Made by a program: the position numbers and the translations under genes. Of a stretch of DNA of 38,007 nt, positions 27,699 to 35,709 are shown piece after piece; within the stretch, counting starts at the first letter, position 1; each line of letters opens with the position of its first letter. A model generated the notes under the pieces. It did not search any database. It saw only the letters and a program-made list of their open reading frames with translations, and was not told the origin of the DNA. Origin of the DNA: Deltaproteobacteria bacterium (GTDB lineage Bacteria; Desulfobacterota; Desulfobacteria; Desulfobacterales; ETH-SRB1); NCBI GenBank assembly GCA_049190315.1, contig JAIVWD010000004.1:1-38007 (forward strand), given 5' to 3'.

Positions 27699-28797
27699 TG
27701 AGAAGGTGTTTGTTGACTCCTCTTTTACAGAAGACGAAAATCATGGTAAAATTGGATGTCATGAATGTCATGGAGGTAACCCCGATGATCCTGACTGGAA
27801 AACAGCGCACAAAGGTGTAATAAAAGATCCTTCATTTCCTGATCCTTCAAACACATGCGGATCATGCCACGATGATATTGCCAGGCATTACAAAAGCAGT
27901 CTCCATATTAATCTGGGGCCATTCAAAAAAATTATCGATAAACGGTCAAGTATTGACGAAATTGTGCATTCAAAAGTCGATGATGCAAGAAAAGCTCATT
28001 GTACTTCCTGCCACAGCAGTTGCGGTCAGTGCCACATCAGCCGTCCTGAATCCGTGGGTGGAGGGCTGTTGGATGCTCATATTTTTCAGAAAAGTCCCCC
28101 AATGAACCTGGTATGCACTGCCTGTCATGGAAGCCGAATAAAAAATGAATATTTTGGTGAAAATAAAGGGATGCCTCCTGATATACACAAAGAAAAATAC
28201 TTTAAATGCAGTAAATGCCACAAGGCAGATGAAATGCATGGTGACGGCAAGGACTATGCGAACCGGTACGAAGTTGAAAACGGTCCTAAGTGTTTGAACT
28301 GCCATGCAAATATTTATGATTCAAAGTCATCAATAAACGCAAAGCAGCACATATTACACAGAGACAGGGTCAGTTGCCAGGTCTGTCATTCAGTAAAGTA
28401 CAAGAATTGTTATGGCTGTCATGTAGGAAAAGACAAACAGGGCATTGAATGTTTTAAAACAAAACGCTCAACCATTGATTTTAAAATAGGTTTTAATTCT
28501 CTTAAAAGCAAAAAAAGGCCCGAAAAGTTTGTTGTCGTACGCCATATCCCTGTAGACCAGGAAACCTTTGCTCATTATGTTGATAACGGCCTTTCCAATT
28601 TTGACAAACTTCCCACATGGAAACCTGCAACTCCTCATAATATCAGGAGGCAGACCCCACAAAATAAAACATGCAATTCATGTCACGGAAATACCAATCT
28701 TTTCCTGCTTGAAAAGGACGTAGAGCCAGCTTATAAAAATGCAAATAAAAACGTTATTGTATCGCCGGAAATGATACCGAAAAAGATAAACAAATAG
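27679..28797 (+). CDS. Decahaem cytochrome c lacking its own signal peptide; probably continuous with 27457-27669
   Basis: Ten CxxCH motifs: CHECH, CGSCH, CTSCH, CGQCH, CTACH, CSKCH, CLNCH, CQVCH, CYGCH and CNSCH. The N-terminus VEPLAPHEKVFVD has no hydrophobic export signal. Confidence 0.85.
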   Translation: MEPLAPHEKVFVDSSFTEDENHGKIGCHECHGGNPDDPDWKTAHKGVIKDPSFPDPSNTCGSCHDDIARHYKSSLHINLGPFKKIIDKRSSIDEIVHSKVDDARKAHCTSCHSSCGQCHISRPESVGGGLLDAHIFQKSPPMNLVCTACHGSRIKNEYFGENKGMPPDIHKEKYFKCSKCHKADEMHGDGKDYANRYEVENGPKCLNCHANIYDSKSSINAKQHILHRDRVSCQVCHSVKYKNCYGCHVGKDKQGIECFKTKRSTIDFKIGFNSLKSKKRPEKFVVVRHIPVDQETFAHYVDNGLSNFDKLPTWKPATPHNIRRQTPQNKTCNSCHGNTNLFLLEKDVEPAYKNANKNVIVSPEMIPKKINK

Positions 28798-28900
28798 AAC
28801 AACAGTTCAGTAAGGCACAAAAACATGTAAAAAGTCGGGCTGTCAATCACTCAACCAATTTCCCACTCGACTACTCAACAAATACCAGAGGAGGAATTTT

Positions 28901-29362
28901 ATGAAAAAATATTCAACGCTTATTATTGCTTTATTATTAGGAGTCAGTCTTATTATAGGTGGTTGTACAACCCCCAAAGTGATGACCACCAAAGATCTAA
29001 CCCCCAAAGTGATGACCGCCAAAGATCTGGTCGCTGAAGCCAACGAACATGTAACCAACGTTCCTGTTTCGGTTGCAAAGGAGTTGCTCGATGAAGGAGG
29101 GTATATTTTCCTTGATGTAAGGACAGCAAAAGAATTTAAAATGGGTCATATACCGGGGGCTGTTCATATTGAGAGAGGATTGCTGGAATTTATGATCAAC
29201 AATCAAGTACCTGATAAAAATGCCCAAATCGTCGTTTACTGCAAGGTGGGAGGGCGCGGATCACTTGCCGCCCATACTCTGATACGTATGGGATATAAAA
29301 ACGTTAAAAATATTGAAGGCGGCTGGGTTCCCTGGGAAAAGGCCGGCTATCCTGTTGAGTAA
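28901..29362 (+). CDS. Rhodanese-domain lipoprotein (sulfurtransferase)
   Basis: Lipobox LIIGGC. The rhodanese core reads FLDVRTAKEFKMGHIPGAVHI, with the active-site loop VVYCKVGGRGS. Confidence 0.85.
   Translation: MKKYSTLIIALLLGVSLIIGGCTTPKVMTTKDLTPKVMTAKDLVAEANEHVTNVPVSVAKELLDEGGYIFLDVRTAKEFKMGHIPGAVHIERGLLEFMINNQVPDKNAQIVVYCKVGGRGSLAAHTLIRMGYKNVKNIEGGWVPWEKAGYPVE
28971..29030 (+). repeat. 30-bp tandem duplication inside the rhodanese linker
   Basis: cccccaaagtgatgaccaccaaagatctaa is followed by cccccaaagtgatgaccgccaaagatctgg (27/30 identical). Together they encode TPKVMTTKDL TPKVMTAKDL. Confidence 0.9.
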
Positions 29363-29382
29363 TTCTCTGCTCTAATTTAATA

Positions 29383-29652
29383 TAACGGTTTACGGTTATC
29401 GGTTTACAGTTCACGGTTTTTTCAATGAACAATACCTCGGAAGGTTGCAAATTGCGTTTTTTTCGGTGAGCAATGAGCATCAAGAGCAAGGCGCGAAGAC
29501 GCGTAATAGTAGGGGCACGATGCATCGTGCCCCTACCATCTGCCTGAGCAACGCAGCTATTGGTGTTTATGTCCAGCGAAAAACCGCAATTTGTGGCCTT
29601 TCGAGATATATACAACGCCTGAAGCATTTTAACTGTTAACCGTGAACTGTTA
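29383..29652. repeat. Heptamer-armed palindromic element enclosing a third MITE-like unit
   Basis: Outer arms: taacggtttacggttatcggtttacagttcacgg and gttaaccgtgaactgttac. Inner TIRs: ggttgcaaattgcg (29443) and cgcaatttgtggcc (29598). At the centre is a perfect 28-nt palindrome, gtaggggcacgatgcatcgtgcccctac (29509-29536). Confidence 0.7.
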
Positions 29653-29889
29653 CTATTGGGGCTTGACCTGACTTTTAAGAAGTTCTTTTAATCCCTCCAG
29701 GGTCCCCTTCCACACTGCATCATCTCCAGCCATTATTGATACTATAATGTTTTTCTCCACACTGACTTCCAGGACTATTTCTTCGTCTCCGGCCTTGAAT
29801 ACAGCTTCACCCCATCTTTCCGCCGGAAGACCTGTTATTTCACAATCGTAATCTGTTCTTATTTCTCCTGTCATTCTTATCTCGCTCAT
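29653..29889 (-). CDS. Small acidic hypothetical protein
   Basis: 78 aa with a strong Shine-Dalgarno (SD) sequence (taggaggagataATG). I recognise no family. Confidence 0.55.
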   Translation of the reverse strand: MSEIRMTGEIRTDYDCEITGLPAERWGEAVFKAGDEEIVLEVSVEKNIIVSIMAGDDAVWKGTLEGLKELLKSQVKPQ

Positions 29890-30140
29890 TATCTCCTCCT
29901 AAATTATCTTCCCATGTAGATTTACCGATACCTCGCGGCCCAAACAAAAAAGCTCTGTTTTGTATCCCTGAAAAAGCGAGTTATTGTTTCCATAATAGAG
30001 CTTGCTTTTGCATTATGTCAAACAAAAGTGTGGGTAGCCCAAAGTAAAATATAACATCATCAAGGTTGCAATCGGAAAAAAACAACTTATATTTTTAGAG
30101 TACTCCATCAAGACACGGAGATACCGACAAGATAAAAAAA

Positions 30141-30236
30141 TAGTAACTACTCAGGTGGATAGGCTGAAGGCTGAAGACTGTTAGGAAAAAGCGCCTTCAG
30201 TCTAAACAGCTTCAGCCTGACTACGTGAGTAGTCAC
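30141..30236. repeat. Hairpin element with GCTGAAG heptamer arms
   Basis: tagtaactactcagg..ggctgaaggctgaagactg is inverted relative to cttcagtctaaacagcttcagcctgactacgtgagtagtcac. It lies directly upstream of the ATG at 30261. Confidence 0.55.
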
Positions 30237-30260
30237 AAAAAATAAAAGGAGATAAAAATA

Positions 30261-30824
30261 ATGACTGACTATTTTGATGTTACTCTTTACAGTGGCGGGC
30301 ATAAGGGAGCCGAGGCCGAGTTCGGAAAGCTTGCTGAGCGCTGGGGGATTCAGGAGGTTAACTTTTCGTTCGAGGGACACAATATCGAACGTACCAGAGG
30401 TGTCCGGGTGCTGAGCCTGGAAGAACTTGACAAGGGGGATGTCAGCATGGAAATAGTCTCTGCCCGCATGGGACGGAATTATTCAAAGGCTGAAAAAATA
30501 CGAAAGGTCATACAGTCTATTTTTCACATGGTCAACAATGGTTACCACGTGATAGCAGTCGGATGGATACAGCCGGATGACACCGTCAAAGGAGGAACCG
30601 GTTGGGGCGTTGAGCTTGCAAAGCTCTTTAACCGTCCACTCAATGTATATGACCAGGAACGCAAAACATGGTTCTCATGGAAGGATAACAAATGGGTTGC
30701 CGAAACGCCCGTTATTATCGACAAAACATTTGTCGGAACAGGAACCCGAAATCTCAGTGACGAAGGCCGCAAAGCAATTCACGAACTTTTCGAAAACTCC
30801 TTTGGACCCGCAAAAGAGAAATGA
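30261..30824 (+). CDS. LOG/SLOG-superfamily-like Rossmann protein (putative nucleotide-binding or nucleotide-processing)
   Basis: 187 aa with an AAGGAG SD sequence. YSGGHKGAEAEFG resembles the LOG GGGxxGxMG motif. KGGTGWGVELAKLFNRPLNVYD resembles PGGxGTxEE followed by KPxxLxN. The assignment rests on motif resemblance only. Confidence 0.4.
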   Translation: MTDYFDVTLYSGGHKGAEAEFGKLAERWGIQEVNFSFEGHNIERTRGVRVLSLEELDKGDVSMEIVSARMGRNYSKAEKIRKVIQSIFHMVNNGYHVIAVGWIQPDDTVKGGTGWGVELAKLFNRPLNVYDQERKTWFSWKDNKWVAETPVIIDKTFVGTGTRNLSDEGRKAIHELFENSFGPAKEK

Positions 30825-30932
30825 TTGATCATATTTTTATGTGTTTTTTTTAAAACAGCTTTATTTGTCCTGGTGCATTGGCTTTTTGTTTCTTTTTGGT
30901 TTTTCCTTTTGCATTGCAGGCTGGCTTTGACT

Positions 30933-32969
30933 TCAGCATGTTGCTCCAAGCGCCTTAAATGCGGCGTCAACAGGATCAGAATAAAAGCTGGTCTGGAATT
31001 TGGCAAAGAGTTCTCCTGGGATAGTCTGAATATCACCAACATTGCTCATGGGTATCAAAATACGTTTGGCGCCTGAATCAAAAGCCACTTGCAAGGTTTC
31101 AGCAAGATTTGCAGTTGGCACAATGTTTCCTCCCAGGCTCATGTCGCCAAGAACGACCATTTGACTTTGTATCGGTTTGCTCATAAGCCCTGAGCACAAT
31201 ACAACAAAGCTACAGAGGGTTAATGCACTTGCAGCGCCGGTATTGTACATTTCCACGATATGGATATGGTAGTCATGATCTCCAACCTTGCTCATCGAAC
31301 TCACTCTTTTTATGTTAGCTTTAAAATAATCGAACGCTATCTTGATCGCCTCTTTAGTCTTGGGATTAACTCCAGAACCGGAAATGGAGAGTTTGCCGTT
31401 TCCTCCGACGACCTGAAGTTCCAGCCTGTAGAGTCCCAAATGTTCACTTGTGCCGAGAGCAACTGTATGCATTGTGCCAGGACTCAGTGGTCCTTCAGGT
31501 ATTAATGAACCGCCTCTCTGTTCAGGAACGCTAACAAACTTTTCTTCGAGTGTCTCATTGTCTATATAACTAAAATGAACATCATAAAATTCCATGCCTC
31601 CGATTTTCTTGAGCTGTTCCTTAACTCGTCTTCGGTTTTCCAGCGCATAGACAAAACAACGTTCCACTGCATCCTTGTCAAATTCACCATGAGGATAAAG
31701 CAATTTTAGTAAACCGGAAACGCTCTTGCGCACTGCAATGACATCTCTCTGGTTCAAGTTGTTTCCGATCTTGAAATACTGATCTATAGCATCAGAAAAG
31801 CTCCTCTTACGCATTTCCCGCAAAAATTCAGCGAGAAAATCGACAATCAATCCATATTGATTCGTCAAAAATTCAGGGCGCATTTTGGGAATTTCCCACC
31901 CTGGAAGATATGCATGCATCCGGTCAAAAAACGCCGAATCAATCATTTCTTCAGGAAACGGTGCAAAGAGATGACCTGTCTTTACAAGAACATCGACGCT
32001 CTGGTTGATATTTCCCACAAAAACCATAGCGGCATTTGCACTGATAACATCACGTCCCCTGGAAAAAGAACCTGATGCCATAAAATCTTTCATTATCTGC
32101 ACGCCATCCTTGTCTTTAAATCTGATTCCAGCTACCTCGTCAAATGCTACCACATCCCATACACCGACCAACCCCACTAGTCGGCTGCTCATATTATAAA
32201 ATAGATTTGCGACAGTAGTCTGGCCACCTGAAACCAGTATCGAGTTTGGACTGATTTCTTTGTAAATGTGACTTTTGCCTGTCCCTCTTGGCCCGAGTTC
32301 GCAAATATTATAATTGTTTTCAACAAAAGGTATTAAACGCGCTATAAGATGCCATTTGACGCGCTCCTCAAAGTTTGTTGGCTCCAAACCGGTTGACCTA
32401 AGAAGAACATCCAGCCACTGGCTTTCGGTAAATGCTCTTCTACCTTCAAAGACTGCTTGCATATCGAGATTAGGCATCTGAATCGGCTTGATTTCGGAGA
32501 TTATAAAAGGAGAACCTTTTGATCCCTCATCATAAAAATATTGCAGGTTAAGAATACACCAGATTCCGCCAACGAGAAGTTTCTCGTACTTTTTGATGGT
32601 TTCGCTCGATATTTCAATGCCCTTGACACCGAGATTAGAGAGCATTGCCTCGTAAACGTCTCTTTTTTCGTTCAACTTGACGGTAACTTTGTCGATGATT
32701 TTATAATTGCCCAGCTCTTTTATTTTTGATTTGATCTTTTCAGCTTCATCCGGTCTGACATAATTTTCGGCCAGGATATTCTTGACTGTATTAAGTCCAT
32801 CCTGAATTACTTCCTCATCATCTACCGCACAATACATTCCAAGGAGATATTCCAGAACGTAAACCGGGACATTTGCTCCTTCCTTAAGCAGTTTTGTCAG
32901 GTCTTTGCGCACAACACGACCAGCAAAGTGAATATTAAGCAAGTTGTCAATGTTTGTATCAGTTTTCAT
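30933..32969 (-). CDS. brxL: BREX system Lon protease-like protein BrxL
   Basis: Motifs: LLNIHFAGRVVRKDLTKLLKEGANVPVYVLEYLLGMYCA, ELGPRGTGKSH (Walker A), VAFDEVAG, NLNQRDVIAVRK, and the Lon-like C-terminus MVVLGDMSLGG..SGAKRILIPM. The start is set at Met28 (32969). Confidence 0.93.
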   Translation of the reverse strand: MKTDTNIDNLLNIHFAGRVVRKDLTKLLKEGANVPVYVLEYLLGMYCAVDDEEVIQDGLNTVKNILAENYVRPDEAEKIKSKIKELGNYKIIDKVTVKLNEKRDVYEAMLSNLGVKGIEISSETIKKYEKLLVGGIWCILNLQYFYDEGSKGSPFIISEIKPIQMPNLDMQAVFEGRRAFTESQWLDVLLRSTGLEPTNFEERVKWHLIARLIPFVENNYNICELGPRGTGKSHIYKEISPNSILVSGGQTTVANLFYNMSSRLVGLVGVWDVVAFDEVAGIRFKDKDGVQIMKDFMASGSFSRGRDVISANAAMVFVGNINQSVDVLVKTGHLFAPFPEEMIDSAFFDRMHAYLPGWEIPKMRPEFLTNQYGLIVDFLAEFLREMRKRSFSDAIDQYFKIGNNLNQRDVIAVRKSVSGLLKLLYPHGEFDKDAVERCFVYALENRRRVKEQLKKIGGMEFYDVHFSYIDNETLEEKFVSVPEQRGGSLIPEGPLSPGTMHTVALGTSEHLGLYRLELQVVGGNGKLSISGSGVNPKTKEAIKIAFDYFKANIKRVSSMSKVGDHDYHIHIVEMYNTGAASALTLCSFVVLCSGLMSKPIQSQMVVLGDMSLGGNIVPTANLAETLQVAFDSGAKRILIPMSNVGDIQTIPGELFAKFQTSFYSDPVDAAFKALGATC

Positions 32970-33058
32970 ATTTTTTACCTTTAGAGCCTGTTTAAAAAAT
33001 GATGAATTGGCTGCAAAAGCGTGAAAATGGTTCAATTCCCTAGTTTTCAAACAGGCTC

Positions 33059-35683
33059 TTAGAAATCGTTTGCAAAGGCTATATCTATTATTGTCGGTAT
33101 TCGATCATATTCGGTGTCATCAATGTTTCGTAATACAAGATAATACTCCTTTTTATTGTCATAGGATCCTGTCTTTAGCGCCAGTTTTACGGATTTTTGG
33201 CGTTCATCCATTGATGAAGACCTGCTGTCAAATGTAACTGTTTCTTCATTGCTTATAAGCTCATTTCCATCACGAAGAGACACCTTCAACGTTATTGGCT
33301 TCATGCGGTCAGACACAGCATCGGTTTGGATAAATTTATAAATTGGTCTATTAGTTACCAGCTTCTTGTATGAACCAAGCAGCGATACGCCAACTTGACG
33401 CACTTCGGATTTTTCCAGATGTTTCCCCTTCATTTCGTATGCTGTAATCACAGGGATTACAATTTCCTGAAGCATAGCGCCACCATGGAAAAATCTTGCC
33501 CCGCCGACAAAATTGAAACGATTCGTGCCTTTAGGCAGCAAAAATTCCATATCTGTATCTGTTTTAGCCGTTATTCTTGTATTGCCGGAGAAGGCTTTAT
33601 CCGATTTGCCTAAATTTCTCCCAAGTATGAATCTTTTATGGGTTTTTACCGCATCTTTTTGATTTGTCTCAAGTTTGCTTTTATCAATGGGTTCAGGAGT
33701 TTTCTCCTGATAAATAAATCCATGATCTGCTGTTATGATAACCCTTGTCCCGTTTAAACTATTTATGATGAATCTAACCAGCGCATACAGGTCATTTATG
33801 GCTTTTCGCACAGCCTCAAATGTATTACTTTCCGATACAGCTTTATCACCGATTGCATCAATCTGATCATGGTAAATATAGATGACTCGATGCGGTTTAA
33901 CAAACTCCCGCCCTTTATCCTTGCTCATGGACATCAGGTTATCTGCTTTGATCGCAGTGCCGCTATATTTTCCTAAAATATCCGCACGTTGATCCAGTGA
34001 TCCGGCCGGTTTTTCATCTATAACAATATCCGCAGTCGGACTGTCTTTGAAGGAAATAGTTTTATGAGGCAACAATGATGCCATTCCCAAAGCCGTGTAT
34101 CCGGGCAGAATGCCTAACATTGGCTCAATCTCGGCTTTCAGACGGTATTTACCATTAATTTTCTGAGCAAGTTCCTCTGCGGCTTCAAAGCGGAAAGCAT
34201 CGCTGACAATAACAAACAGCCGGTTTCTGGAAGACCCTTTCAGTGTCGGGTTAACATATCTATTAAAAAAATCGTACTGGTTGACTACATTTGGAATTTT
34301 CCATTTTTTAAGCAGATTATCAGAATGTTCTGTTTCTAAAAAGTCACCCCATTTCAGTGACAGTTGATCCATATACCAGCCGCTATAGCAGTTCTCAACA
34401 GTCTCTCTAAGCGATTTCAGGACATCCCAGCCCGCCAGATCAGCTTTATCTGCAAGCTCATGAAATTTCCTGTAATGTTGATCAAATAAAAACAGTTCGT
34501 TTGTATATGCTTTAAACATATCTTCAGCCGTGGGGTAACTGAAGCCCGCATCATATTTCTTCCTGAGATCGAACAGTTTGATAGCAGCCTCTAATGCGTG
34601 ATAAGCCGTTTGATAAAGGTTTATCTGAGAATCTTCACTTAAAACAGTGGTTGCCCAGTATCCGTCAAGTCTGATCTTGATCGCCTCCCGTACCTTCTGA
34701 TATTCATTTTCGGAATCGATACCGATTTGATCCCTGAGATCGCTGATAATCCTGCGCTCTACGGACTCAAATGTCATCACCTCAATTAATGACTCAATAT
34801 CATAGGATATCAGCAATTCATCAATTTTCAGCTTTTTGGCAATAAACTTTGAAATAAGATTAAAGTTCTTAAAATGACCGGTGTTGCTGCGCCACTGAGA
34901 CAGAAATACAGATGAATTCATTGCCTGAGAGGAGCTTTGAATTACAAAATGGGAAATAGATGCCGGCAGCTCGGCTTTTAGGCTATTTGAAAGATCGGTC
35001 ACAAACAACCGAAGCAAAAAATCAGTTAAATTCGGAGAATCTTCGTTTATGTACCCAAATGTCTGAGCCAGAAGTCTCCAGAATGAAGGCTTTAATTCAA
35101 GTTTTCCAATTTCTGTCCACAATTTGGAGGGTTTATCAACATCAAACTTGCCATCCCGGCAAAACGAGTCAAATAGTTTCATCAGGATTGAAAATAGCTC
35201 GGGCTGTTCAGCCCTTGTGATGACAGCGAGCATTTTAAGCTCTATATCTTCTTCTCTGTCACCTGGGGTGACCCATTTCTTCAGCCTGTTGAGCCTGTCC
35301 TGACTTCTAAAAAAAGCCTTACGTTTCTTTAAGTATGGGCGTATGCTTTGATTTTCAAGGTTCAGTTCCTTTAGAAGGATAGAAGCTTTATCTGCATGGA
35401 AAGTATAACTGTAAAGCCGTATATCATAAAGCCAGTCATCTTCAGGAGCGGGCTCAGGGTAAGGAGCATAAAGTATATATTTCCCGGTTGTGTCTTCAAG
35501 CTCCAGCCTGATCTTTAAGTCAAGTAAACCGATTTCATTCAAACGTAAAATATTAACGCCATCCATCTCAAGAAAAGGTATTGTCTGCTCAAATTCCTTT
35601 TCGCCATCATACCAGAAGATGATACGCTTGTTTTCTTCATTGAAAATTTTATTCAGGCTGTCTTCGATTTGTTTGATGTCCAT
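33059..35683 (-). CDS. pglZ: BREX phosphatase-like protein PglZ (type A)
   Basis: About 874 aa. The N-terminus has RIIFWYDGEKEF. The alkaline-phosphatase-like core reads LFVIVSDAFRFE ... ITADHGF. It lies immediately upstream of brxL, as in type 1 BREX. The start is set at MDIKQIE (35683). Confidence 0.88.
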   Translation of the reverse strand: MDIKQIEDSLNKIFNEENKRIIFWYDGEKEFEQTIPFLEMDGVNILRLNEIGLLDLKIRLELEDTTGKYILYAPYPEPAPEDDWLYDIRLYSYTFHADKASILLKELNLENQSIRPYLKKRKAFFRSQDRLNRLKKWVTPGDREEDIELKMLAVITRAEQPELFSILMKLFDSFCRDGKFDVDKPSKLWTEIGKLELKPSFWRLLAQTFGYINEDSPNLTDFLLRLFVTDLSNSLKAELPASISHFVIQSSSQAMNSSVFLSQWRSNTGHFKNFNLISKFIAKKLKIDELLISYDIESLIEVMTFESVERRIISDLRDQIGIDSENEYQKVREAIKIRLDGYWATTVLSEDSQINLYQTAYHALEAAIKLFDLRKKYDAGFSYPTAEDMFKAYTNELFLFDQHYRKFHELADKADLAGWDVLKSLRETVENCYSGWYMDQLSLKWGDFLETEHSDNLLKKWKIPNVVNQYDFFNRYVNPTLKGSSRNRLFVIVSDAFRFEAAEELAQKINGKYRLKAEIEPMLGILPGYTALGMASLLPHKTISFKDSPTADIVIDEKPAGSLDQRADILGKYSGTAIKADNLMSMSKDKGREFVKPHRVIYIYHDQIDAIGDKAVSESNTFEAVRKAINDLYALVRFIINSLNGTRVIITADHGFIYQEKTPEPIDKSKLETNQKDAVKTHKRFILGRNLGKSDKAFSGNTRITAKTDTDMEFLLPKGTNRFNFVGGARFFHGGAMLQEIVIPVITAYEMKGKHLEKSEVRQVGVSLLGSYKKLVTNRPIYKFIQTDAVSDRMKPITLKVSLRDGNELISNEETVTFDSRSSSMDERQKSVKLALKTGSYDNKKEYYLVLRNIDDTEYDRIPTIIDIAFANDF

Positions 35684-35709
35684 GAATTGCCTTTGTTGCG
35701 GGGAATATT

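Noticed and set aside
28843-29058. 71-aa minus-strand ORF overlapping the rhodanese start
   Set aside because: It lies antisense to a well-supported lipoprotein gene, and its repeated LVVITLGV peptide is just the 30-bp tandem duplication read backwards.
29304-29639. ORFs containing GTMHRAPT on both strands
   Set aside because: Both read through the perfect 28-nt palindrome gtaggggcacgatgcatcgtgcccctac, so the same peptide appears on both strands. This is a repeat artefact.
30779-31076. ORFs 30779-31042 (minus) and 30825-31076 (plus) in and next to the brxL 3' end
   Set aside because: They overlap the well-supported BrxL C-terminus (SGAKRILIPM...ALGATC) or T-rich spacer DNA. Their composition looks non-protein-like.
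32970-33050. Longer N-termini offered by the ORF track for brxL, and likewise for pglZ (35684-35734), the ATPase (37235-37300), the nuclease-like ORF (36238-36411), the RAYT (37829-37897), smpB and vanZ
   Set aside because: The extensions overlap upstream genes or translate repeat DNA. Internal Met codons give lengths and N-termini that match the expected families.
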